From contig CAIJOU010000590.1 in NCBI GenBank assembly GCA_903822375.1, forward strand, positions 1 to 36,599: a stretch of 36,599 nt of DNA, given 5' to 3'. A program made the position numbers and the translations under genes. This DNA comes from Candidatus Hydrogenedentota bacterium (GTDB lineage: Bacteria; Hydrogenedentota; Hydrogenedentia; Hydrogenedentales; CAITNO01). Within the stretch, counting starts at the first letter, position 1; each line of letters begins with the position of its first letter. Below are positions 1 through 8,169 of the stretch, piece after piece. The notes beneath the pieces were generated by a model. The model was not told the origin of the DNA. It saw nothing but the letters and a program-made list of their open reading frames with translations, and ran no database searches.

Positions 1-1054
1 CGTCACCGTTGGCATCTGCCTGCGTGAAAGTATCTGCCAAGAGTTGCTGCACTGTGGCGGCATCAACTGTCGGCCCGCCTTCGCCCTCCACCGGTGGCTC
101 ACCGTCACCCGTCACCTGCGGCTCACCTTCAATCGGCGACTCGCCTTCCACCGGTCCTTCGCCTTCAACCGACGACTCTCCCTCGCCTTCCACCACCGTC
201 ACCTCGCCAGCAGGACGGATTGCCATACTGCAGGCACCCACGACGTTGTCGCCGTTGGAATAGGAGACACTGCGTGAGGTGGTGTCGTCTGTTGGTGTCA
301 TTACGTCCATGCGCACGGAGATGGAGTAGGCAAGTGTCGAACCCAACTGGCCCGTCTCGCCTGCAACGGGGAGCAGACCCGAAAGCGCGGGGGCGGGGAA
401 GGGAACCGGTCCGCCGGAATTTGCCCTGCACACGGCGCCGGTCACGAAGAAACAGCCCATGGGCAACTGCGCCGCAGTTTGCTCCAGACTGGCTGGGCTG
501 GCGGGCTGCGCCTCATTGGTAAAACTGGCGACGGGGGACTCCATGTCCACACCCGCCATTGCAAAATACGCCGCGGACCTATACCAGCTGTTGGGAATGG
601 GGTTACTGCCTGTGCCCTGTATGGTAAACATGGCTCCCGCCTGGGTTCCGTCAATGACGCCCGGAGTCGGGTTCTCGAGATACCAGATGGAAACCATCTC
701 GTTGCCGCTTTTGCGCGGAATGGTCTGTACCCGTGTGAGGTCTTGGGCGGCGGCGAAACTGCCGGCCCTGTAGGAAAAAACGGCGGTGGCGTTGGCTGCG
801 CCCGAACTTGCAGCGACCACGACGAGCAGTTTGGTCCCCACCGGCACGCCGGGGCCTGACATGGCACCGGTGTTGCCCTCGTCCGGCATATGCCAGCAAC
901 CCAGGGGGGTGGTGTCTTGAAGAGCGTTTCCTCTTGTGCTGCTGCCCTTTGCGAGTATTGAAATGGCGGCGCCTGCCGTTTCCGCAACCGTCAGCATTCC
1001 AAACAATGACGCGAGCAGCAACACCGTGAAAATGTGCGTCTTCATGATTCTCAT
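1..1054 (-). CDS. Exported protein with EG-repeat linker and EF-hand-like motif, running off the left edge
   Basis: Not in the ORF track because its stop lies outside the window. ATG at 1054 with GGAG upstream; translates MRIMKTHIFTVLLLASLFGMLTVAETAGA (signal peptide) ... VEGEGESSVEGEGPVEGESPIEGEPQVTGDGEPPVEGEGG ... FTQADANGD (start of an EF-hand-like loop). Confidence 0.85.
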   Translation of the reverse strand, partial: MRIMKTHIFTVLLLASLFGMLTVAETAGAAISILAKGSSTRGNALQDTTPLGCWHMPDEGNTGAMSGPGVPVGTKLLVVVAASSGAANATAVFSYRAGSFAAAQDLTRVQTIPRKSGNEMVSIWYLENPTPGVIDGTQAGAMFTIQGTGSNPIPNSWYRSAAYFAMAGVDMESPVASFTNEAQPASPASLEQTAAQLPMGCFFVTGAVCRANSGGPVPFPAPALSGLLPVAGETGQLGSTLAYSISVRMDVMTPTDDTTSRSVSYSNGDNVVGACSMAIRPAGEVTVVEGEGESSVEGEGPVEGESPIEGEPQVTGDGEPPVEGEGGPTVDAATVQQLLADTFTQADANGD

Positions 1055-1188
1055 GACTTTCCAGCTCCGGGCACCCAAACCATCCCATGCGCGGTTCCGA
1101 ACCGTTGTCGCCGGTCCGACGATTGCGTTATCAATTGCCCGGCAGCCAACGCGCGCATTGCAGCGCCGCCCAATGCGGGTTTGGCAAA

Positions 1189-1217
1189 AAGCTAGCACGG
1201 CGGACGGCCTTTGTCAA
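1189..1217 (-). promoter_or_regulatory. Sigma70-type promoter of the EG-repeat gene
   Basis: Minus strand TTGACA (1217-1212), 17 bp, TAGCTT (1194-1189) with a TGn extended -10. Confidence 0.6.
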
Positions 1218-1263
1218 GCGCAGTGCGTGGGGCTTCCACAGACCGGGTCGGATGTCCCGCAGG

Positions 1264-2493
1264 TCACAACGAAGGTGGCATTGTCTTCTGCGGGTTTGCA
1301 GTTGTCTGATAGGGGCCGCTATCCCCTATCGGCGCCGCCTTCGCTCCCTTGGGCCGGTACATCGTCCCCAGCCATGCCAGTGTCCCATAGAATGCGCACA
1401 GGCCCCACAGCGTGAACCACTCATGCCGCACTTCGTAGAGGGTCGCGCCCATCTGGTTGATGCGGACAAAGCCCAGCGCGCCGGCCGTGCAGGGGATGAG
1501 CCGGGACAGCGCCTGCAGCACGCCGGGGATGGCCTCGTGCGGCCAGGAATAGCCCATGAGGAAGATAGCGGGGATCGAGGTGAACAGGATCACCGGGATG
1601 GAGGTTTCACGGGCGCGGAACAGCATGTTCAGCGCAAGGCCGAGCAGCGTCACGGCGAGTATGAAGGGGGCGAGAAAGACCGGAATGGTCACCAGGCCCT
1701 GCTGGTAGGGCAGGCTGTAGGTGCGGAAGATGACCGCCAGATAGAACAATGGGAAAAGCATGTAGATTGAGAAATAGGCCAGCGTCCGGCCCAGTAGCAC
1801 CGCCAGTGCGCTGTCCCTTTCTCCGGGCGGCGGCGGCGGGGCTTTGGTGAATTCCTCGTTGCGGGTCCCGCCAAGCGTTCCAATGCCGATCAGCAGCGTC
1901 TGCTGCATGATGAGCACGAGCACGGCCGGGGTGACGTAGGTGGCGTAGCCGCCTCCCGGATTGAACAGCGCCCGGGTCACAATGGGCAGGGGGTCCCGCG
2001 CCTGCCGGGCATGCTGTTCGCCCATTCCCGCCGCAGTGAACCGTTTTATTTCGATGCCCGCCGACAGCGTCGCAGTGGCCTTGTACAGCCCCGACACGAT
2101 TTGCCGGAAGATCATGAAGTAACTGCCGTCGGCATAGACCGAAACCGTGGCCTGTTCGCCGCGCAGCACCTTGCGCTCAAACCCCTCGGGGATCAGGAAA
2201 ATGCCGCGGGCCCTGCCATTCATAACCTCCTGCCGGGCCTCCTGCATGTCCGCCGCCTCTTCGGCGAGCGTCACCTCTTCCGTCGCGTCGGCCCAGCGCA
2301 TCAGCTTCTGGCTGAGCATGGTGCGGTCCTGGTCGACCGGCACGACCGGCACATTGCGGAGCACTTCGGCGGAATAGGGATAGGGGTACATCATCGAATA
2401 GAGCAGCAGCCCCGCCAGAAACACCATCAACACCGCCGCGTCACTTACTATCGCTTTGTATTCAATGCATGTCACGCGCAGGATGTATCTCAT
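1264..2493 (-). CDS. ABC-2 type permease (YhhJ/YbhR-like)
   Basis: True start MRYILRVT at 2493 overlaps the upstream stop (ATGA). N-terminal TM, VVPVDQDRT extracytoplasmic domain, FNPGGGYATYVTPA, multiple C-terminal TMs. Confidence 0.9.
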   Translation of the reverse strand: MRYILRVTCIEYKAIVSDAAVLMVFLAGLLLYSMMYPYPYSAEVLRNVPVVPVDQDRTMLSQKLMRWADATEEVTLAEEAADMQEARQEVMNGRARGIFLIPEGFERKVLRGEQATVSVYADGSYFMIFRQIVSGLYKATATLSAGIEIKRFTAAGMGEQHARQARDPLPIVTRALFNPGGGYATYVTPAVLVLIMQQTLLIGIGTLGGTRNEEFTKAPPPPPGERDSALAVLLGRTLAYFSIYMLFPLFYLAVIFRTYSLPYQQGLVTIPVFLAPFILAVTLLGLALNMLFRARETSIPVILFTSIPAIFLMGYSWPHEAIPGVLQALSRLIPCTAGALGFVRINQMGATLYEVRHEWFTLWGLCAFYGTLAWLGTMYRPKGAKAAPIGDSGPYQTTANPQKTMPPSL

Positions 2494-3695
2494 AGCCGCC
2501 CCCAGGTGGACGCGTCGCGCATGAACCGCCCCATTCGCGGGATGAATATCAGCGGCGGAACAAAGGCGAACGCCATAAGCGCGAACAGCGGCGGGCCGGA
2601 AGCTTGGGGCGGCGCGCCCTGCATTGCCTGCTGCATGAGGATGAGCACGAAATGCTTGAGCGGAAGCAGGTTGCTCCAGACCTGCGCGGGTATCGGGAGC
2701 GCAATTACCGGAAAGGTGATGCCGGCAAACGCGAATGCCGGGCCGCAGTAGAATCCCGCGGCGGTGTTGGCAAAGCGCAGATTGGCGCCCAGTGCCACAA
2801 GCAGGCAGCCCATCGACTGGTAGGCCAGAATGAATGCGGCGGTGCCCGCGAGCAGCACGGGCAGGCTTCCATGCAGCGGCACATTGCAGAAGCGGATCAG
2901 CAGCGACCACATAAATATGCCCAGCACGAAGAAAGCGACTGTGTACGGAAGTGCCTTGCCCAGAATCGCCAGCCACGGCCGCCCGCCCGCCGCCGCCAGC
3001 CAGCCGCCTGCCGTGCCGTAGCGGAATTCACCGCCCGTCGCCCGCACCATGACCAGCACGACAAAGATCTGAAACAGCACGGGAAGAAGTGCGGGAAGAA
3101 GAAAATAGCGGTAGTTCATGTTCGGATTGAACAGCAGATGCTGGTCCATCCTGATCGGCTCATAATGTTCCAGCGCCTGGGCGGGGCTTTCCCCCCTGGC
3201 CATGCGCATGCGCACATCCGCTCCGGCCGAGGCGTACCCAATGACGTCGCGCACCGCGCGGTTGATCACGCCGCTGGTAAGCAGCCACTGGTTGTTGAAA
3301 TACACCGTAACCGCCGGTGCCTCGCCCCGCAGCGCGTCATGCTCCAGTCCGGCGGGCAGGTGGATAATCGCGTAGGCCCTGCCCTGCCGTATCAGCGACG
3401 CACCCTCCTCCACATCCTGCACGCGGCTGGTCACCGCAAGCGCGGGCGAAGCGTCCATGAACCGCGCCAGGCGGCGGGACAGGGCGCTGTTGTCGCGGTC
3501 GCACACGGCCACCGGCAGATCGCGCGGGATTTCCTGCCAAAAAATCGCCGTGAGAAGGGCAAACATGCACAGGGGAAGGATGAACACAAACAGCATCATG
3601 AAGGGGCTGTGGGCGATCATCCCCAATTCCCGGACGATCACAGTCCACAGGCCGCCGTGCGGTGCGGATGCGGCGTTTGGAGCCGGCGCGGTCAT
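2490..3695 (-). CDS. ABC-2 type permease (YbhS/YhhJ-like)
   Basis: DLPVAVCDRDNSALSRRL, FNPNMNYRYFLLP and a TM-rich C-terminus. Confidence 0.9.
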   Translation of the reverse strand: MTAPAPNAASAPHGGLWTVIVRELGMIAHSPFMMLFVFILPLCMFALLTAIFWQEIPRDLPVAVCDRDNSALSRRLARFMDASPALAVTSRVQDVEEGASLIRQGRAYAIIHLPAGLEHDALRGEAPAVTVYFNNQWLLTSGVINRAVRDVIGYASAGADVRMRMARGESPAQALEHYEPIRMDQHLLFNPNMNYRYFLLPALLPVLFQIFVVLVMVRATGGEFRYGTAGGWLAAAGGRPWLAILGKALPYTVAFFVLGIFMWSLLIRFCNVPLHGSLPVLLAGTAAFILAYQSMGCLLVALGANLRFANTAAGFYCGPAFAFAGITFPVIALPIPAQVWSNLLPLKHFVLILMQQAMQGAPPQASGPPLFALMAFAFVPPLIFIPRMGRFMRDASTWGRL

Positions 3696-3698
3696 GGT

Positions 3699-4733
3699 TC
3701 AGTTCCGCGCTACGAGGTCCCGGACCCACTTCAGCGGGTCGGGGTGCGGTTCCTTGTCCCATGGAACGATGACGCTCATCCCCGGCCGCAGCCCGTCCAC
3801 CGGCTTGGTTGGTTTGCCGCGCACTTCAAAGGTTTTCAGGTCAAACCCGCCCGCGATGCTCGTGGCGCGCCACGTGGCGAAATCGCCCAACGGCGCGATG
3901 TAGGTGATTTCCAAATCCACCGCCTGCTGGTTCAGCGCGGGGATGGTGCCCTGGAGATGGTCGCCCATCTTCATGCTGGCAAGATGGTCCTCGCGCAGAT
4001 TGAACGTCACCCAGACGTCGTTTAGGTCCACCATCGTCACGATGGGCATGCCCGCCGACGCCAGTTCACCCAGGTTGACGACATGTTCCACAATTTCACC
4101 ATTGATAGGCACGTGGACCTTTGCCTCATCGATCAGCGAATCCACCTCCGACACGGCTCCTGCCGCCTGGTCCACCAGCGCCTGCGCTGCGGCCTTGTCC
4201 TCAACCCGCGCGCCGTTCATGGCCATGTCATACTGGGCCTTTGCGGCGGCCTGCAGTTTGAGCGCCATGTCCCGCTGCGCCTGCACCTCGTCGCGGCGCT
4301 GCGCCGGCAGCACCCCGTCCTCAAAGAGCCGTTGCACGCGCTTGAAACTCTTTTCCGCCAGTTCGGCGCCCGCCGACGCCTGCAGCCACTGGTTCTGCGC
4401 CATGCGGATCTGCTCTTCCCGCGCGCCGTTTTCCGCCTTGTCCCGCTGCGCGCTGGCCGCATTCTCCGCCGACTGCGCCTGCGTGCGCTTGGCCTGGAGC
4501 TGCGGGCTGTCCAGCACCGCGATTACATCGCCCTGCTTTACGGACTGTCCCTCTTCCGCCAGGAACTGCTCCACGCGCCCGGGAATCTTGGCGGAGACGT
4601 TCACCTTGCGCGACTCGACTTCGCCCTGGATGAACTTTGGCTGTGGTTGAATCATCATCCAGCCTGCCGCCGACACGGCGGCCAGCACGACCAGGATGAT
4701 GAAGAAGGCTATCAGGCGTGGATGGCGGATCAT
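3699..4733 (-). CDS. HlyD-family membrane fusion (periplasmic adaptor) protein
   Basis: N-terminal TM, lipoyl-like motif VSAKIPGRVEQFLAEEGQSVKQGD, coiled coil, DFATWRAT...DLKTFEV...LRPGMSV. Confidence 0.92.
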   Translation of the reverse strand: MIRHPRLIAFFIILVVLAAVSAAGWMMIQPQPKFIQGEVESRKVNVSAKIPGRVEQFLAEEGQSVKQGDVIAVLDSPQLQAKRTQAQSAENAASAQRDKAENGAREEQIRMAQNQWLQASAGAELAEKSFKRVQRLFEDGVLPAQRRDEVQAQRDMALKLQAAAKAQYDMAMNGARVEDKAAAQALVDQAAGAVSEVDSLIDEAKVHVPINGEIVEHVVNLGELASAGMPIVTMVDLNDVWVTFNLREDHLASMKMGDHLQGTIPALNQQAVDLEITYIAPLGDFATWRATSIAGGFDLKTFEVRGKPTKPVDGLRPGMSVIVPWDKEPHPDPLKWVRDLVARN

Positions 4734-6226
4734 TTTGATTTGGGCTCCGCGGGTTTCTTTTCCAGGGGTTCAATAAGGGAAGGATCGGTCAGGCCGGGAA
4801 ATGAATCGTTTTCAGGCACCGGTATCGCCCGTGCCAGGTACTCCTGGCACCGTCCGGTTTGGCCGCTCGATTCGAGCAGTTGGAAGAAGGCGGTGTCGAA
4901 ATCATAGGCGGCTTTCAGCCGTCCAAGCTGCGCACGCGCATGGGTAAGCGTCGCGTCCACCACCTCCAGCGACGTTGCCACACCCTCCTCGAAGGCCCGT
5001 GTGCGCACGCGCAGATTTTCCGCCGTCAGCGCCAGCGTCGTGTCCAGCGTGTCATACTGCTCCCGTGCCTTTTCCATTTCCTCGTACCGCTTGACGGTGA
5101 GGCTGCGCAGGTCGCGCTGGTATTTTTGCCGCAGATGCGCCACGCGTTCTTCCTGCGCCTTGGCCGCGGACACCTTGTTGCGGACCTGATCCCCGTCAAA
5201 CAGGGTGTACTGGCCGCCAAAACCGAAGGCCCACTTGGGGTCCACGACGCTGCACCCTTCGGGCAGGAGTTCGTACATGCCGAACACGTACGCCGTGGGC
5301 AGGCCCGCACCCTGCTCGGCCCGGACACCCTGGTGCGCCTGTTCGTGCTTGGCGCCCAGCATCGCCAGCACCGGATGCTTGTCGTCCACCGAATCCTGGA
5401 AATACTCCTTTGCCTCCAGGCCCCGCAGGAGAAACAGCGCCGTGGCGGGTTCCACGGGATCGTTCCAGGCCATCGTGTTGGCCAGCCCTTCCGAGGCAAT
5501 CGTCACATCGCGCTCCGCCGCCTCAAGTTCCGCCTTCGCGTTGGCCAGCGCCACTTCCGCATTCAGCGTTTCCGCTTTCGAAATGATACCCTCGTCCATC
5601 AATCGGTGCGCGCGGTGCGCCTGCTGCTCCATCGTGGTTACCTTCAGCGCGGTCACCTCGCGTGCGCGGCGGGCCAGGCACACGCCAAAGTAACGCTGCG
5701 CCAGCTCGGTGACCAACTGGTCCCCCGTGAAACGCAGTTGCGCCTCGGCCTCGTTCTGTTTGGCCGTGGCGGCGCGGTTGGCCGCGTTGATGCGGCCGCC
5801 CGTGTAGACGGGCCAGGTGACCGAAAACTCGGCCTTGGTGAAGTTCTTGTTTTGCATTTTGTAGGCGATTGGAAGCGGGTCAAAAGGGGTGGTGACATCG
5901 GCGTCCAGAAAAGTTGTCCGCAAGTCCAACTCGGCTTTCGGTACTTTGAGCCCCGACACGGCCGCCTTTTCCGCCTCGCGCTGGCGCAGCTCATCGTGGC
6001 CCGCCATGAGGGCCTCATTGCGCTGCTGCACCCGCTGCAGGGCGTCCCCAAAACTCAGGCGCTCCTGCGCCGGGGCTGGGAGGCACAGGAGTGACAGCGC
6101 CACCAACAATCCCATAAGCGCGGCCTTTGCGGCACATGTCCGCCGCGTCCTTGGTTTCATTTCATGCATGATGGTCCGTTTCGAATCTGTCTGCCACACG
6201 AGTTCACCCTGCTTTGCGGGGCTCAA
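4730..6226 (-). CDS. TolC-family outer membrane efflux protein
   Basis: Signal peptide, WPVYTGGR, AFEEGVATSLEVVDA. Start is uncertain (TTG 6226 coupled to the TetR stop, or ATG 6169/6160). Confidence 0.9.
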   Translation of the reverse strand: MSPAKQGELVWQTDSKRTIMHEMKPRTRRTCAAKAALMGLLVALSLLCLPAPAQERLSFGDALQRVQQRNEALMAGHDELRQREAEKAAVSGLKVPKAELDLRTTFLDADVTTPFDPLPIAYKMQNKNFTKAEFSVTWPVYTGGRINAANRAATAKQNEAEAQLRFTGDQLVTELAQRYFGVCLARRAREVTALKVTTMEQQAHRAHRLMDEGIISKAETLNAEVALANAKAELEAAERDVTIASEGLANTMAWNDPVEPATALFLLRGLEAKEYFQDSVDDKHPVLAMLGAKHEQAHQGVRAEQGAGLPTAYVFGMYELLPEGCSVVDPKWAFGFGGQYTLFDGDQVRNKVSAAKAQEERVAHLRQKYQRDLRSLTVKRYEEMEKAREQYDTLDTTLALTAENLRVRTRAFEEGVATSLEVVDATLTHARAQLGRLKAAYDFDTAFFQLLESSGQTGRCQEYLARAIPVPENDSFPGLTDPSLIEPLEKKPAEPKSK

Positions 6227-6852
6227 GCCTCTGAACCCTGATAAGGACCCGACAAGCGCAGACGGGTCAAGGTTTCAATCACACTGTCTGCTGTTGCAAT
6301 GCCAGGATTGCGCGTCCACCAGTCCAATACCTGCAGCAGCATTCCCACAACACCGTGCGCCGCCACCACGGGATCAATACCGGGAACGATGATGCCGTCG
6401 GCGATTCCCTCGCGCACCCGCAATTCCAGCATGGCGGCCAGGTGTTCCGTGATTTCTGTGCTGACGTTCTTGCGGACCGATTCGGGGTCAAAGAGAATCC
6501 GGCAGAGTCCGGTGTGCGACTCTGCAAAACGCACCAGCACCTCCGTGTGCGCCCGTACGGCTGCCGCCGGGTCCGGTGCGGGGGAGAGCGCCATACGTTG
6601 CAGCGCGCCCATGAGTTCTTCAACGCCCTCGCGCATGATGGCGCGCAGCAGCCCCTGCTTGTCCTTGAAATGAAGATAGAGAGTGCCCACGGCGACCCCG
6701 GCCGCCGTGGCAACATCGGAAGCGCGCGTGTCCGCGACCCCCTGCCTGGCAAAAAGCTCCAGACCCGTCTCCAGCAGGCGCCGCCGGGTTTCAATCCGGC
6801 TACGGTCGCGGGCATTTAGGGCCAGCGCAGCATTTGGATGAATTGAGTTCAC
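6223..6852 (-). CDS. TetR/AcrR family transcriptional regulator
   Basis: HTH: LLETGLELFARQG...DVATAAGVAVGTLYLHFKDKQGL. GTG start at 6852. Confidence 0.93.
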   Translation of the reverse strand: MNSIHPNAALALNARDRSRIETRRRLLETGLELFARQGVADTRASDVATAAGVAVGTLYLHFKDKQGLLRAIMREGVEELMGALQRMALSPAPDPAAAVRAHTEVLVRFAESHTGLCRILFDPESVRKNVSTEITEHLAAMLELRVREGIADGIIVPGIDPVVAAHGVVGMLLQVLDWWTRNPGIATADSVIETLTRLRLSGPYQGSEA

Positions 6853-6887
6853 TGAATAATTATATATTCAGTGGCGCCGGATTGCAA
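6851..6887 (-). promoter_or_regulatory. Sigma70 promoter with overlapping palindromic operator, likely bound by the TetR
   Basis: TTGCAA (6887-6882), 17 bp, TATAAT (6864-6859), 6 bp, GTG. Inverted repeat ACTGAATA-N6-TATTCAGT at 6851-6872. Confidence 0.8.
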
Positions 6888-6998
6888 ATGCGTTTTGTGA
6901 AGTGGATTGGGGGCATGAACGCCCGGCCGGGTGTCAACCTGCTCATTCCGAGGTTCAGGAACTCGCGAAACCACGGCCGTTTCGCGAAGTGTGAAGTG

Positions 6999-7053
6999 CT
7001 TTGCCAAAGCTTTACCAAGCCATTGCCGGAACTTCGTATGCGATTGGCACAAT
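6999..7053 (+). promoter_or_regulatory. Regulated promoter copy A (4 heptamers at 11-bp period plus extended -10)
   Basis: CTTTGCC 6999, CTTTACC 7010, CATTGCC 7021, CTTCGTA 7032, 9 bp ending TGG, CACAAT 7048-7053. Confidence 0.7.
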
Positions 7054-7134
7054 GAGGCTCACGAACTGGCCGGCGTTGACCATGACGTTTGCGGCTAACT
7101 TCCCGGGACAGTATCCAGAAAGGACTTCTTTTCC

Positions 7135-7326
7135 ATGAGTACGGTCATCGAATCTTACCCAGGCACGATAAACGCCTGCAGCACCGTGACGGAGGGTGAT
7201 GAACTGGCCCGGAAGTTGGAGAAGGTATTCCAGATATTCCGCCGCGCACAGGAAGACTGGGCCATGAAACACGACCCGGGACAGTCAGCCGGAGGCATGG
7301 AGAAGGATTCCGGCTGTTCTGCCTGA
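7135..7326 (+). CDS. Small hypothetical protein (63 aa)
   Basis: AAAGGA upstream of the ATG; first ORF after promoter A; no recognisable motif. Confidence 0.5.
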   Translation: MSTVIESYPGTINACSTVTEGDELARKLEKVFQIFRRAQEDWAMKHDPGQSAGGMEKDSGCSA

Positions 7327-7422
7327 ATTGACCGGGGAGCGGAGGACTGCGACCAACTTGGGCCGCTTATGGAACCCGGCAGTCAACCACCGCTGCCAAA
7401 CAGCGGGAGCGAGGTGACGAAC

Positions 7423-7713
7423 ATGAACCACGCGATGATGACCAGGGACCATGATTCTGAACAACTGCTTCTGTCGCATCTTGAACTGTGCTATTCGGTG
7501 GCGCTTGCGCTGACCCGCAATGTAAATCTGGCGCTTGCGCTGACGAAAGACACGCTGCTGTGGGCCTGGCAGCGCAACGACGGCTCGTGGGATGAGGATA
7601 TCATGAAAAAATCGCTCTTGCGCGAGTTGCGCGACAGGTATTTGCGCGACTACCAGCTTGCGGGCGGCCGGGGCGCAGCCGGTGAACAACGTCTTCCGAA
7701 AGTGGAAGAGTGA
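7423..7713 (+). CDS. Degenerate ECF sigma factor-like protein, region 2 only (96 aa)
   Basis: RBS GAGGTG before ATG 7423. EQLLLSHLELCYSVALALTRNVNLALALTKDTLLWAW...MKKSLLRELRDRYL aligns by eye with ECF sigma region 2; there is no region 4. Confidence 0.65.
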   Translation: MNHAMMTRDHDSEQLLLSHLELCYSVALALTRNVNLALALTKDTLLWAWQRNDGSWDEDIMKKSLLRELRDRYLRDYQLAGGRGAAGEQRLPKVEE

Positions 7714-8018
7714 AGGACTACGCGGAAGGTCCCGTCGGCGGCAGGCTCGGCGTGCGCATTGGACCCGAATGGACAGAGGTGCGTATTCCACGCGCAGAGA
7801 CGGAAGAGCAGCATTCTTCCCTGGAAGAGGAACTCCTGTCATACCTTGACCGCCATTCCGCAACCACGTGGGCCATAGACCTGTCCGAACATGTGGGCGG
7901 CGTGACTCTCGCACTTGCCGGAATGCTTGCCCGCTTCCGGGAAGAGGCGCGGCGACGGGGTTGCGAGGTGAGGTACTCGGGGCTGAGGCAGGACTGCGTA
8001 TCCTGCCTGGCCGAATAG
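7710..8018 (+). CDS. STAS-like (anti-anti-sigma/MlaB-like) small protein
   Basis: GTGA overlap with the upstream gene. WAIDLSEHVGGVTLALAGMLARFREEARRRGCEVRYSGL resembles the STAS core. Confidence 0.55.
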   Translation: MKDYAEGPVGGRLGVRIGPEWTEVRIPRAETEEQHSSLEEELLSYLDRHSATTWAIDLSEHVGGVTLALAGMLARFREEARRRGCEVRYSGLRQDCVSCLAE

Positions 8019-8169
8019 GAGGGGGAACAGCACGGCATCTTTCGCCTGAACGGCAGCGCCTTGGGGGGCTGCATCGGCAGTGCTGGCGGATTGGCCTTGA
8101 TTTTGCATGCGCGAATCTTCAGGTTGCCGCGGCTTCACGGTTCTGAAATGCGAAAATCACCCCATTCTC

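Noticed and set aside
1062-1125. ZTP (pfl) riboswitch-like pattern (GACCGGCGA...hairpin...TGCCCGG) on the minus strand
   Set aside because: No linker or stable P3 stem, the CGCCUGGGC consensus is not met, and the downstream gene is unrelated to purine or folate metabolism.
2494-2976. N-terminal extension of the 570-aa permease ORF, and similar extensions on rnhA, BON, cysK and PASTA
   Set aside because: They overlap upstream genes or promoters; RBS and homology patterns support the later starts used above.
7044-7060. TTGGCAC as a sigma54 -24 element (also at copy C)
   Set aside because: No TTGC -12 element at the required spacing; CACAAT fits better as an extended sigma70 -10.
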